A stretch of DNA of 64,000 nt, taken from IMG/VR virus record IMGVR_UViG_3300041964_000089. The stretch is one strand, 5' to 3'. Each line of letters begins with the position of its first letter. Position 1 is the first letter of the stretch. The notes beneath the pieces were generated by a model, which saw nothing but the letters and a program-made list of their open reading frames with translations, did not search any database and was not told the origin of the DNA. This stretch comes from an uncultured virus (IMG/VR IMGVR_UViG_3300041964_000089). Lineage: Duplodnaviria > Heunggongvirae > Uroviricota > Caudoviricetes. Below, piece after piece: positions 1-10,236 of the stretch. Both the position numbers and the translations under genes were made by a program.

Positions 1-76
1 ATTGCTTTTTGGGTAATTGTTTGAATTTGCAACGATCGGCTAGGCAGTAATTAACCGTCTAGCCGTGGACTAACTA

Positions 77-742
77 CTAGCTAGCGGACGGTAGGGCCGG
101 AACGTTTAACACATCATTAGTAGCGGCAAATGCTTGCTGAGAATAAGCGTTGCCACTCATAATGTAAGCAGTCTCCTCTTGTGTGAGGTTGTCCAGACAC
201 TGCATCCCTTTTGTGCTTTCAAAATCAATCATTCGAGCTTGATTCGTCGGACTAGAGATGACCGCAGCCGCTTGCTCCAGAATTGAAAAATCTTTTCTTT
301 CTTCCCAAGTCCAAATAAGTGCATAGTAATTGCCCTTATCGTTTGTGAACTTTTTAAAGGTTGGAGTGAAAATGCCTGTAGCGGGTTCAACGCCACGAGA
401 TTGTACTTCTGTCACCAAACGATTAAAATCTCGCAAGGATTGAGTCTTGATATGCGTGACCATCACAACGCCTTTGGGCAAGTCGCCAGACTCGGCAACA
501 AACCAAATCTGACCCCACAATGTCTGATCGGTTTTACCGAGAGAACCGAAATATTTGGAAAATTTAAGGATGGTCATTGAACACTTGGAGCCGTAGTCTG
601 TGTCACCGATCGCCCACTGCCCGGACTGGCAATTGTTGCGAACTGCTATCGGAATTTCGGGAACTAACAGGGCATCAGCAGCTTTTGAGCCAAATACTGA
701 AAACGTGGCGGGGCGTTGTTGGTTTTCTGTTTGCTTAGTCAT
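77..742 (-). CDS. Hypothetical protein, possibly ssDNA-binding/recombination-associated
   Basis: 221-aa ORF, beta-rich with aromatic residues, in the early region; function is a guess. Confidence 0.5.
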   Translation of the reverse strand: MTKQTENQQRPATFSVFGSKAADALLVPEIPIAVRNNCQSGQWAIGDTDYGSKCSMTILKFSKYFGSLGKTDQTLWGQIWFVAESGDLPKGVVMVTHIKTQSLRDFNRLVTEVQSRGVEPATGIFTPTFKKFTNDKGNYYALIWTWEERKDFSILEQAAAVISSPTNQARMIDFESTKGMQCLDNLTQEETAYIMSGNAYSQQAFAATNDVLNVPALPSAS

Positions 743-830
743 GATGGTATTAAGTTGAGTTTGATTGATTTAGTTTGGTTTTGGGTTTTGCCTGCCCTTA
801 TAAGGCTCCCGCTGGCACTGAGCCGACTTA

Positions 831-2966
831 TTACTTCGGGCAAGTTACACTTTGTCTTGCAAGCTGGTGTTGCTGAGCCATTTTATCTAGGTAGCCGATC
901 GCAATTTCTTTTGAGAAAAATGGATGACCAGTGCCAGTCTGACTCCAAATAGACCATGCCCACCAGCGCCCATCTTGGCCTTGTTTGATACGACCAATTC
1001 CGTTGTAATTTTCTGTTTCTCGCGCAAAACAGGCATACTGTTGGTACATTCTGGGATTGAAAGTGCGTCCGGCTTCAATAGCTGCTCTGATTTGTTGATG
1101 CCGCACGTTGGGGTGCTTAGTTTCTGACGCTGTGAATCCGGCATTGATAACAATGAAAATTTCATCGTTGCGGATGTAGAATTGGCGGATTGCACCCTTC
1201 TTGCCTACGATCGTCCCTTTGATCGGCGTCTGCCAGTGAATAGTCCCTTCTGGCTCGATTTCGGTGACTGGCTGCTCGTCCAAATTTTCGTCATGAGTGG
1301 GCAGAATAGATGGATCAAAAGCTGTGATTTTGAACAGCTTGAGCGTGTCGGCTTTCAGTTCTGTCATTTTCTCTAATTGAACTGCGGGGAAAAGTTGAGG
1401 TTCAGACTTGGGGCGATGGTAATACTCAATAGCTTTGTCGATTTTTTCAAGGTGCAGCAACGTGATCACTTCATCTTCGCTTCCCATTGCTGTTCGCTCA
1501 ACTGCTAGCTGAGCCTTGAGTTGGCATTCGGACAAATATGCTAAGTCGTAAAATTGCTTGTCAAGCGCACTTTCTTTGACCATTGCACTTATAAAATTGT
1601 CATCCTGTTTTGCTTGCCGTATTGGCGCGGTGGAAACAGGAGTGGAAGCCGTCAGAGTGGAGGTTGCAGAGATCCGACCGCGACCGTTGTCGCCACGATT
1701 TGGGGGTGCGTCGTCGTTGGTTGTAGTATTTGTTTTTTTCGGTTGGGTAATGGGTAATAAATCAGGTAGAGATTTTTGGTACTCCCCGATCTCTGTCATC
1801 ATTTCAAAGTACCACCAACTCGGTTGGGGATTTTTAGCGAAATTTTTAGCTTCATCAAGGACAGATCGTATGCGTTCGGCAATCGCATGAATGCTGTCGT
1901 GCATTGTTACGTTAGTCCCAATATCGGCTTGGCAACCCTCGGTAGCCCAGACATATTTTGCTCGTGGAGCGTAATTCCAGTAGTCTTTACCATTCTCCAA
2001 CTCGTGGAAAATAAACGGACACTCTGCGGCGATAATGAACTCCAAGCATTCTGTTGCGTCCAATTTGCTAGCGTTTTTAATAACTTCGGCGTAAATTGCC
2101 GATGGGTTGATAAGTTGCAGGTAAGCGTCAAATTGCCAGCATTCAATAGTTGGAAGTTGCTCGCCACCATAAACTTTGTAACCTTGCTGCGCCAGCCAAA
2201 ATTGCTCTTTATATTCGTTGGCGCGATCGCGGGTAGTGCTAGCAATACAGCACGGTACTGACTGCTTTTCGGAGAAAGCGACATATTTAGGCAGAGGCAA
2301 ATTGAAGAAAAAAGGCATTGCGCGTTTGGCTGGGGCAATCGGCGCTTCAACCTGAATTTTACTAGGGGTCACGGTAGCAGAAACTGGAATTTCAGCAGAA
2401 GCAATCAATTCAGTCATCTCGGTTTCAAGATCAGCTATTTCTTGGTAACAATCGGTCTCAGCTTCCCAGTGGCCGCAAGTCACGGCGTCGGTCAGTCCGC
2501 AGCAGTAGCGATCGCCGTCAATGTGACGAGCCAAGGGGCAGGTGGCGCAAGTGAGCGGGGTTGCGATTTGTTCCGTTTCAACTACGGGCTGCGGTTGTGC
2601 AGCAATGATGCGGTTTTCGTAGTCCCAGCGCGTGCGGGATAATGCTGTTGCTTTCAAACCGAGGCTGGTGTGCAGTTTTTGGATTTGGTTCCAAGTTAAG
2701 GTTTTGAGCGTTTCAGCGGTGTGTGCCGATGCGCTGGCTGCTGGTGCTGCAACTTCTCCAACCACCCATTCTTCTGTGTGGCGATCGCGGCAGTTCGGGA
2801 AAGTCACGATCAAGCAGGTGCGGCCGTCTTTCAGGATTTCCTTGCCGACCACGCAGGCGATCGGAGCGAACGGTTTGCGGATTACATCTCCCACTTGGCA
2901 TTTAGGTGTGGCATCTTGCCAGATTACTTGGGCGGGGGTTTGGGGTTTGAGGGCTGTGAGTGTCAT
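831..2966 (-). CDS. Large multi-domain hypothetical early protein
   Basis: Long ORF; ATG at 2966 (MTLTALK) preferred as start; contains a CxxC...CC...C cluster. Confidence 0.7.
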   Translation of the reverse strand: MTLTALKPQTPAQVIWQDATPKCQVGDVIRKPFAPIACVVGKEILKDGRTCLIVTFPNCRDRHTEEWVVGEVAAPAASASAHTAETLKTLTWNQIQKLHTSLGLKATALSRTRWDYENRIIAAQPQPVVETEQIATPLTCATCPLARHIDGDRYCCGLTDAVTCGHWEAETDCYQEIADLETEMTELIASAEIPVSATVTPSKIQVEAPIAPAKRAMPFFFNLPLPKYVAFSEKQSVPCCIASTTRDRANEYKEQFWLAQQGYKVYGGEQLPTIECWQFDAYLQLINPSAIYAEVIKNASKLDATECLEFIIAAECPFIFHELENGKDYWNYAPRAKYVWATEGCQADIGTNVTMHDSIHAIAERIRSVLDEAKNFAKNPQPSWWYFEMMTEIGEYQKSLPDLLPITQPKKTNTTTNDDAPPNRGDNGRGRISATSTLTASTPVSTAPIRQAKQDDNFISAMVKESALDKQFYDLAYLSECQLKAQLAVERTAMGSEDEVITLLHLEKIDKAIEYYHRPKSEPQLFPAVQLEKMTELKADTLKLFKITAFDPSILPTHDENLDEQPVTEIEPEGTIHWQTPIKGTIVGKKGAIRQFYIRNDEIFIVINAGFTASETKHPNVRHQQIRAAIEAGRTFNPRMYQQYACFARETENYNGIGRIKQGQDGRWWAWSIWSQTGTGHPFFSKEIAIGYLDKMAQQHQLARQSVTCPK

Positions 2967-3096
2967 AATAAGGTTGTCTCTTTTGAGTTTTGGCTCTTTT
3001 GGGATGCCCCTTTTTAAGGGGAGCGGTACGCGGGCGGTCTGCACTTTGTTTTCCAGACAGGGGTGTAGGCCGCCTTTGCTATATCTTTATACTAAA

Positions 3097-3177
3097 TCAA
3101 GTGATGGCTGATTGCAATAGCTGTGTCATCACTTGATTTTATGATAGCAGCTAAAACAGATAAGAACAAGTGATGAC
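3097..3177. promoter_or_regulatory. Operator-like repeats CAAGTGATG(A/G)C between divergent genes
   Basis: Copies at 3097-3108 (+), 3125-3136 (-) and 3166-3177 (+), upstream of an RHH gene. Confidence 0.6.
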
Positions 3178-3248
3178 ACTGTGATACTTTCTGATGACGC
3201 TTGTTAGTATAATGACATCAAAGTCACATAATACTGAGGTACGCCAAA

Positions 3249-3473
3249 ATGATTGCAACAGAAATGAAAGGGCAAAGATTCACATTTACTATTGAGCCTG
3301 ATTTATATGAATCGCTAAAAATACAGGCGAAGCGAGAGCGCAGGTCTATTGGCTCTTTGCTTAACTGGCTTGTTGCAGAATATCTGGAAGAACAGCAAGG
3401 GTTGCAAATTCAACCAACTATTCAACACGGAGGTGATCGCAAATCTGATAAACGGAGTTCTGATAATGATTGA
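3249..3473 (+). CDS. Ribbon-helix-helix (CopG/Arc-like) regulator
   Basis: QRFTFTIEPDLYESLKIQAKRERRSIGSLLNWLVAEYL fits the RHH pattern. Confidence 0.75.
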   Translation: MIATEMKGQRFTFTIEPDLYESLKIQAKRERRSIGSLLNWLVAEYLEEQQGLQIQPTIQHGGDRKSDKRSSDND

Positions 3474-4023
3474 TCCCAAATTAATTAACTTGTCTGCGTT
3501 GCCGTCCGTTTCATTAGGTAATCGCAAACACTTGCCACAAACAGCGGGCATCTATCTGGCGATCAACGCTGCTGAAACGGTGCAGTACATTGGGCGATCG
3601 ATTAATTTGCGCCAGCGATGGTCAAGCCATCATCAGTTATCTGCCTTGGACATTATTGGCGTCCGGATTGCTTGGCTTGAGATTAGCGAGTCAAGCTTGC
3701 TTCCACAAATCGAACAAGCGTTGATCGAACAAGCGTTGATTGAATATTTTAACCCTCCGTTCAACGTTGGGTGTTGTCCGCCCAAATTCGTAAAGTCGTC
3801 TGACAGACCCGCAGTAAAACATTCCACTGTCAAAATTCGTTGTTGGCTGCAAGAGCTGCTTGATGAAAAAGAAATGACTCGGAGCGCACTGAGCTTGCAA
3901 ACCGGGTTAACCAGTGCTGCTATTCGCGGACTTTGTGAAAATACCGCTAAGCGTTACGACGTAAGCACTTTAGCGGTACTTTTTAGCTGCAAAGAAGACA
4001 AACATAACCTAACTAATCAATAA
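3466..4023 (+). CDS. GIY-YIG nuclease-like domain fused to a Cro/C1-type HTH
   Basis: GIYLAI...YIGRSINLRQRW..H; C-terminal LQELLDEKEMTRSALSLQTGLT; 15-nt tandem duplication (IEQALIEQAL). Confidence 0.75.
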   Translation: MIDPKLINLSALPSVSLGNRKHLPQTAGIYLAINAAETVQYIGRSINLRQRWSSHHQLSALDIIGVRIAWLEISESSLLPQIEQALIEQALIEYFNPPFNVGCCPPKFVKSSDRPAVKHSTVKIRCWLQELLDEKEMTRSALSLQTGLTSAAIRGLCENTAKRYDVSTLAVLFSCKEDKHNLTNQ

Positions 4024-4028
4024 GAAAA

Positions 4029-4343
4029 ATGAACAACCAATCCAATCAGCTAAACGAATCAAATGTTTCCCAAACTACCACCACTTTTTTTTACGACTCT
4101 CGTGACTTCAATGTGGAAGATGTACAAAAAAGTGCAGATTGGGACAAAATAAGTGCTTGTTTGCAAATGGGGTTAACCGTTGTGATTCACTGTAGCAAGC
4201 AAGACAAATCACCAATAAAAATAACCTTTTTGAGTTCATTCGACTCTAAGGAAATTGCAAACGATTACGCAACTGATATAAGCATAGGTTCTGACGAGTC
4301 AGCGTGGGTAGATATTGTCTGGCCCGAAAATTACCAAGTTTAA
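4029..4343 (+). CDS. Hypothetical protein
   Basis: 104-aa ORF in operon context. Confidence 0.55.
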   Translation: MNNQSNQLNESNVSQTTTTFFYDSRDFNVEDVQKSADWDKISACLQMGLTVVIHCSKQDKSPIKITFLSSFDSKEIANDYATDISIGSDESAWVDIVWPENYQV

Positions 4344-4370
4344 GAACTTCAATTTGCTCTTGCTTCGTGA

Positions 4371-4574
4371 TCACCATTTTTGATCTTCATTGGCAAATCG
4401 TGCCAAAACAAGCGCCAAAAACAAACCAGCAACGCATGAACCGAGCAAAATCAGGGCATTAGCCCCCTCAATCTGGGTAGAGCGTTTGCCGACAATAGGT
4501 GCACCGCAATGAGGACAAGCCGCAGCGGTGGTAGCAACTTTAGCTTTGCATTCGGAGCAATTAATTAGAGCCAT
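4371..4574 (-). CDS. Zinc-ribbon membrane protein
   Basis: MALINCSEC...CPHCGAP followed by a hydrophobic TM segment. Confidence 0.7.
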   Translation of the reverse strand: MALINCSECKAKVATTAAACPHCGAPIVGKRSTQIEGANALILLGSCVAGLFLALVLARFANEDQKW

Positions 4575-4626
4575 AAGGTTTTCTCAGGAAATTTATCTTT
4601 CAGTTTCTCAAACAAAGGAGTCAGTC

Positions 4627-4893
4627 ATGAGTAACGTTTTGTCAGTTTTAAATTTTGAAAGCCAAGAAATCCGCTTGTGTGGTTCTGCTGAAAATCCTGA
4701 GTGGGTCGCCGCTGATGTAGGGGCTGTTTTAGGGATTGGTCAAAGTACGCTGTCGGAGCGTGTGAGCAAGTTGCCTGAAAGTTGGAAGGGCATCGGTTCA
4801 ATAGATACCCTTGGCGGCCAACAGCAAATGCTGACCGTGACCGAGCCGGGACTGTACGAGTTGATTTTCCGAGCTGATTCTATTGCAATGTAA
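4627..4893 (+). pseudogene. Truncated BRO-N antirepressor-like gene
   Basis: FESQEIR...PEWVAADV...TLGGQQQMLTVTEPGLYELIFR, then an abrupt stop before the usual end of the domain. Confidence 0.7.
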
Positions 4894-5286
4894 GGTTTAC
4901 AGACATTATTTCCACTCGTTTTAAGCCAAAAAAATCGCTGCACCTTTGAGAGAGGCACAGCAAAACAATTAATTAAAGTTAATTTCAATATACCGTACTT
5001 TTTACTGTTGTCAGCAGTTGTCGGCAAGTTGCAGACAGACAGTGGATAGAGTACAGCCTCTCTTAAATATAGGTGTAGCGCGCAACCTTTACGGAGACTT
5101 ACGCGCTATGACACCCATTCTACCAGCCTCGGACGGATTTGGTCAACCTTCGGTAAGTTTAGATAACTTTAGCGAAGATTTGACAAGTTTAAGTAAGTTT
5201 ACACCAAAACCACAAACCCCTCTAAATACGCAAGATAACCGTGGATTATTTGGAGCCGCCTTTGGAGCGATCGGAGGGTTGGTCTA

Positions 5287-5892
5287 ATGGTTTACTCACA
5301 ATCATCTCATCAGCCGATAAACTGCGAACAAGTCCGACAACAGTTGGCAGCATTGGGTTACAAAGCGGGCGACACTGTGTACCTGCGGGCCTTCTACCCT
5401 GACTCAGACCCCAGAAAAACAAAAGATGCGGGTCGGAAAGCGGAATCAACCAAACTCGACCAATTGATTAAACACGCTACCACATTTCAAGCCGAAGGCC
5501 GGGGCATTTACCTCGTAGTAAACGGCGGTGGACACAAGGACAGAGATGTGACCCAAGCACGGGCCATCTTCTACGAGCACGACAACTCAGGAAATTACCT
5601 GCGGGCGATCGGTCAACAATTCAACGGCGACCCTCGGCAATTGTTGGAGGAATTCGCGGCCCGATGTAACCCACCACTACCAAAGCGCGAAACAGAGACT
5701 GTGTGGAAGTCCGCAGAGTGCGACAACCCCTCACCAGCTTGTAAAAGTGAAGGGGTAGATAATTGCATCCGTGGCTGGTACTGGAATAATTACGCAAAAA
5801 AAACAAGTGGGAAGGCGATCGGTCACTCAAACAACATAATCACACACCCGCGCTTCACACCTCCTGACCCTGCAGGTTTACGCGAACACTAG
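5287..5892 (+). pseudogene. Internally deleted cyanobacterial plasmid/phage primase remnant
   Basis: GIYLVVNGGGHKD...RAIFYEHDN primase N-terminus joined directly to a PriCT-like segment (ARCNPPL...VWKSA), then ends. Confidence 0.6.
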
Positions 5893-5941
5893 GACATAAA
5901 GGGGCCCCATCCAGACAAAACAGATGGGGCGATCGGGCCTG

Positions 5942-6214
5942 CTAGAGGTTAAATTTCTTCACAGCTTGGGCAAACAATGTCGTTGCGATCGTCCGCGCAT
6001 CTTCGCCGCCACCTTCGGCTAGGTTCTTAGTGACAGTCACTCGCTGGCAGTAGCCGTAGAGGTCGCCTAATTGGTCGATGTAGCTGGCCACTGCTTTTTT
6101 CTCGTCAGCGGATAGAGCCGTAAAGGCGATCGCCTTCTCATTGCCTCGGACAAACCCGCAGCACAGCGGTTCCGAGTTTGGGTATTTGAGGAAGTGCTGC
6201 CAAGCATCCGCCAA
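5942..6214 (-). CDS. Hypothetical protein or gene fragment
   Basis: 90-aa ORF ending near the hairpin GCCCCATC/GATGGGGC at about 5903-5930. Confidence 0.4.
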   Translation of the reverse strand: MADAWQHFLKYPNSEPLCCGFVRGNEKAIAFTALSADEKKAVASYIDQLGDLYGYCQRVTVTKNLAEGGGEDARTIATTLFAQAVKKFNL

Positions 6215-6655
6215 ACGGGGAGTTACTCAACAGCCCCACAGCAGTTCTCAACGCAGGCAGAATTGACCGCAATCCGAGAACAACTGAAGCTGGAAATACT
6301 GAAAGAACAGAACCGCGCCCAAGAATTGAAACTGGAGCAACTCCGGGAGCGCAATCGCGGTTTGGAACTGACGATCAAGAACAAGAAACTCGGCCGCCCT
6401 CAACCGCACCAACCGCTACCCGATTCTCCAGACTTGAAACAGCAACTTTACGATGCTGTGCTGGCGATTGCCAAGAAAAACGGCTCTCTCACTGCCAGCC
6501 AAGCCAAGAAGTCTATTTGGTGCTTGCGGAAAACAACTCCTGATAAAATCCGGCAGTTGTTTCAGGAGCTTGAGCAAGCCGATCACGCCGAGCTTGAAAA
6601 AACCGGCTGCAAGTTAAGGCTCATACCCAAGCCCACGCAGCCGGTTGATAGTTGA
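6194..6655 (+). CDS. Coiled-coil plus helical domain paralogous to the C-terminal part of the Rep/primase
   Basis: GSLTASQAKKSIWCLRKTTPDKIRQLFQEL is nearly identical to residues encoded at about 23569-23710. Confidence 0.65.
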   Translation: MLPSIRQTGSYSTAPQQFSTQAELTAIREQLKLEILKEQNRAQELKLEQLRERNRGLELTIKNKKLGRPQPHQPLPDSPDLKQQLYDAVLAIAKKNGSLTASQAKKSIWCLRKTTPDKIRQLFQELEQADHAELEKTGCKLRLIPKPTQPVDS

Positions 6656-6720
6656 GAAGACAGTAGATAGCTGAGATCGAGCAAAAATCCAATATCCAAT
6701 ATCTAATCTTACCAACCAAC

Positions 6721-6750
6721 AAACCCCAATCACCGCGACTGGGGTTTTTT
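6721..6750 (+). terminator. Intrinsic terminator
   Basis: AAACCCCA...TGGGGTTT hairpin followed by a T tract. Confidence 0.6.
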
Positions 6751-7198
6751 CACGCGCCTGTTTGGGAGAGTAGGTGTCACACCCTCTCAACAGTTGCCGG
6801 AAGCGAGGATACTCTCAACCAAACATCAGTTTCTGAAATGCTCATACAGTAAAGGTTTTATTTTTAGAGTTGAGGGTTGAGGACTGCCGAGAGGTAGCAG
6901 ACATAGTTTTAAACCTATATTTGCTGTGTTTGGCTAACAGTTTAACCAAACACATATTTTTACCCTTAACGCCAACTGCTGAGCTTGACAATAGATATAA
7001 AACGTGCATTTATTTCAAACGATCAAGCACGGTATAGAACAGACCCCCCTCTCAATTCATCGGTATTCTCAACTGTTTTAGTAAAACCTTTGCTGTACAA
7101 AGAGTAGATACATGAGGCTGCTCTCGGCAGATGCCTCGGTTTTTTTAAAAGTTGAGAGTTGTTCCCAGGTAGTGCCTGGGAATTGGCGTTTGTAATTG

Positions 7199-7228
7199 CT
7201 GATGACTGATGACTGATGACTGATGACT
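7199..7228. repeat. Cyanobacterial short tandem heptamer repeat (CTGATGA)x4
   Basis: Seen directly; STRR-type. Confidence 0.8.
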
Positions 7229-7230
7229 TT

Positions 7231-7347
7231 ACTGGTTCCCAGGCTCTGCCTGGTAATACAGATCCGGAGGCTTTGCCTCCAATTTTCCTCAGCCAGCAAG
7301 GCAGAGCCTCTAAACATCAATTCCCCGGCTGTGCCTGGGGAACCAGT
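7231..7347. repeat. REP/MITE-like palindromic element of filamentous cyanobacteria
   Basis: ACTGGTTCCC...GGGAACCAGT ends with internal CCAGGCTCTGCCTGG and GGCAGAGCCTC hairpin units. Confidence 0.65.
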
Positions 7348-7697
7348 AAAATTTGTTGACTCTTGACTGATGTGTCTGGTAATTGCCGTTGGCGATTGGG
7401 CTAGACAATGTACGGGTCACCGAAAACATAAAGCTGCTTTCTGAGTTTGAAAGGGACTTTAGCTCGATCCGGATAGTTGAAAACTCCCACGGATTAGAGC
7501 TAGTATCAGAGAAAGGGAGCAACTACTCACCAGAGATAGTTTGGACTGCCTACCCCGGTCGGATTACCTCAACTGTTACAAGACACCCGGCAAAGCACCT
7601 AGAACGCCCAATCACAGCGCTGTAGAGTTGAGTACACTGTATGAAATAAACAAATAAATGGCTTGACAACGCAGCAAGTGTCATTAAATAGTTAAAA

Positions 7698-8027
7698 ATG
7701 ATGGGCTACCTTGAAGACACAGAAATCTTATTACAAGAAGCAAAAGATTTATTAAAAGATAGACACGCAACTTTCCGGGATTTTTTAAAAATGCTTTGTC
7801 AGTTAGAACGACAATACGGTGTAGTTGTAAGTAAATTGCAAATAAGTTCCGGCAAAAATATAGTAGATGTTAGCAAAGACAAAATTGTACAAGAAATTGC
7901 ACAAGTGGCAAATAAAATCATAGAGAGAATAACATCAAGAGTTCAAGTTTTGGCTGATAGAGTCGAAAATTTAAGTAATATAGTTAAAGGTTTAACCGAT
8001 ACAATAAAAAAATTAGCCCAAAAATAA
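7698..8027 (+). CDS. Hypothetical helical protein
   Basis: AT-rich ORF with a sigma70-like promoter upstream (TTGACA at about 7663); shares LCQLE.Y with 62520-62867. Confidence 0.6.
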   Translation: MMGYLEDTEILLQEAKDLLKDRHATFRDFLKMLCQLERQYGVVVSKLQISSGKNIVDVSKDKIVQEIAQVANKIIERITSRVQVLADRVENLSNIVKGLTDTIKKLAQK

Positions 8028-8103
8028 GATATTTGGTGTAAGCAATAAATAGAAAGCAATTTGGGTAATTTTACAGTATCCGAATTTTTTTGGTCATTGC
8101 CAC

Positions 8104-8139
8104 TTGCAATTGCACTTGCAATTGCAAGTGCAATTGCAA
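8104..8139. repeat. Perfect 36-bp palindrome built from TTGCAA units
   Basis: TTGCAATTGCACTTGCAA|TTGCAAGTGCAATTGCAA between convergent genes. Confidence 0.85.
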
Positions 8140-8192
8140 TTGCTAATGACTAATGTGTCAGATAATTGATATTTACGATCGGGTTAACCGGG

Positions 8193-8627
8193 CTAGATGA
8201 TGTACGCGCCACTAGGCAGTTCGATCGCCCCCTCAACCCGCAACTCATCCAACTCGCGAGTTACAACCAAACTCTGCAACTTTTCCGCAAGACTTTCGGC
8301 TTCGGGAGTGCTTTGCGTTTCCAAATAAGTCAAGAGTTCGGCCGCGAGGGGGGACTGAGCTAGCAGGCGATCGCTCTCGCCATGATTGATTACGTATGCC
8401 CTCACCCACTTCTTGATTAACTCGTTCCGCTCGGTGGCCGAAGGAATCAATATTTTTAAGGCGATCGCGTCTCCCGGTGGAAGGCTCACATTAAATTGTT
8501 CCTTTTTTTGATGCGTGGGTAGAGGTTTTCTCCCGGCGCCTGTCCGGGAACCCCCGCGAGGCTTTTTTTCTTTACTTACTGGGCTTTGCAGATTTTCTGA
8601 CATTTCTTTTTGTTTTTTGCTTGACAC
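8193..8627 (-). CDS. Putative DNA-binding protein (RGGxRxGAGRKP motif)
   Basis: KPRGGSRTGAGRKP followed by an RHH-like segment. Confidence 0.6.
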   Translation of the reverse strand: MSSKKQKEMSENLQSPVSKEKKPRGGSRTGAGRKPLPTHQKKEQFNVSLPPGDAIALKILIPSATERNELIKKWVRAYVINHGESDRLLAQSPLAAELLTYLETQSTPEAESLAEKLQSLVVTRELDELRVEGAIELPSGAYII

Positions 8628-8730
8628 TATAGTTTGATTATGGCATGATTAAATCAATTGAGCAAAAGGCAACGCAAATAAACAAATACTTGCTGTTGTT
8701 CCTAACGCAATTTATCAAAACACTTAAATC

Positions 8731-9078
8731 ATGAAAAAATTGTTGCCCCCTCGATATACCAAGCCTCAAAACCGAATTAACGATTCTGTAAAATCTAAAG
8801 TAAAAACAGAAGTTGTTAATTGGTTGGTAGAATTTGAAATTTCTGGTTATCACGCGGGATTAATAGCAAGTGAAATTCTTGACCGTGTTATTACAGAAAG
8901 AATTCAGGCAACAGCAGACACTGCGCCAGATGTGCTGATGACTGACCAGTCCAAAGTAGACTCGCTTGTTATAGCTTCTAAAAAAGCTATTGATAGGCTA
9001 GATGAAGAGGGAAAACTAGAACAACTGATAGAAGAGTTAGTTGTTGCTGATGCACAAAGTGAAGGTAATTCAATATAG
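8731..9078 (+). CDS. Hypothetical protein
   Basis: 115-aa ORF divergent from the DNA-binding gene. Confidence 0.55.
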   Translation: MKKLLPPRYTKPQNRINDSVKSKVKTEVVNWLVEFEISGYHAGLIASEILDRVITERIQATADTAPDVLMTDQSKVDSLVIASKKAIDRLDEEGKLEQLIEELVVADAQSEGNSI

Positions 9079-9164
9079 TTTTATACTCTCAGCGGGAGCC
9101 GCCTCCCGCCCACAATCCCTATTAGGGATGCCCTACTCTGTTTTATGGGCTTTAGGAAAACATA

Positions 9165-9707
9165 ATGGGTATTTCTTGTTTTGAGGCAGAAACAAAATTA
9201 AAAGATTTAGGAATTCCGGCAAAATACTACGCTTGGCAAACAGAAACTAATCATTTGTATAGAGGCAAAATTTACAATGCTGGAGCAAGTTTTATTGTAA
9301 ATTTATCGCCTGTTTCTTGGCGATGCGGTCTTTCAGATCCTACAATGTATCATACAAAACCCCAACCTTTGTCTGTTGAAGCACTCCAAATAATACAAGA
9401 AGTTGTTGATACGACAAATTGGAGACTAAAAGTCTCTTTAAAAAAGGCTTTGGCTTTTTTTGGGGAAAAGGCTGAATTAGACTACTGGCGGTGTCAAGTT
9501 GGAGACGTTGTGCGGTTTACAAACAAAAATGCTTTTAACTGTGCTAATTGGCGCTGCGATTATCGAGCAAAAATTACAGCACTTGAACACGGTAATAGTC
9601 AACGTTTTACTTACTATCACGCTGTGTTGCTTCATAACAATGAAAGTATCCGCTGGTCAAAAGTTAGTTACGATATGTCTTTTGTAGTTGAAAAGGAAGT
9701 AGCATAA
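9165..9707 (+). CDS. Hypothetical protein
   Basis: 180-aa ORF with AGGA RBS. Confidence 0.6.
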   Translation: MGISCFEAETKLKDLGIPAKYYAWQTETNHLYRGKIYNAGASFIVNLSPVSWRCGLSDPTMYHTKPQPLSVEALQIIQEVVDTTNWRLKVSLKKALAFFGEKAELDYWRCQVGDVVRFTNKNAFNCANWRCDYRAKITALEHGNSQRFTYYHAVLLHNNESIRWSKVSYDMSFVVEKEVA

Positions 9708-9726
9708 ATTATTAATCCTTAAATAA

Positions 9727-9759
9727 AAACCCCAGATAACTGCAAAATGTCCGGGGTTT
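9727..9759. terminator. Probable bidirectional terminator
   Basis: AAACCCC...GGGGTTT hairpin between convergent units. Confidence 0.55.
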
Positions 9760-9942
9760 CTTTCCATTTGTTGCCTAGTTTAACCATTTTGGCGCGTAAA
9801 GTGGGGGTTGTCCTTCCCGTTTCTGGTGTCAAACCAGCTATTGTTTTGCTTTTTAGGGCAATTATTTAGTCTGTTAATCAGCAAGCTAGCCCCGGTCCTT
9901 CCCGGCGTCACCAGGTTTTCCCGGTGCCAATAGCAATCCTTA

Positions 9943-10236
9943 TTAACCGCCTTGTGAAGAGCTAGATTGTTTGATCGCTCCCCAGCCTTCTTCGAGTATT
10001 TGGTAGGCAGTGCTTTCCGGATCGAGCACTGCCTCTTGAATCTGGCGCGCACCAGCAACAGCAATCTCAGAAACTTTGTGGCTTGCACTGCATTGCTGCT
10101 GAACCGCGAGTTGAACGTGATTAATGATCGCCACCGCGTGCAGCGGGCTTAGTTCTACTGCCACGGTTTCCGCTCCCTGCATTTTATCCAACTCCTGTGC
10201 GTATTTTTTGCGATCAACTGCCATATCAATATTCAA
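9943..10236 (-). CDS. Hypothetical protein
   Basis: About 95-aa ORF at the end of the leftward block. Confidence 0.55.
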   Translation of the reverse strand: MNIDMAVDRKKYAQELDKMQGAETVAVELSPLHAVAIINHVQLAVQQQCSASHKVSEIAVAGARQIQEAVLDPESTAYQILEEGWGAIKQSSSSQGG

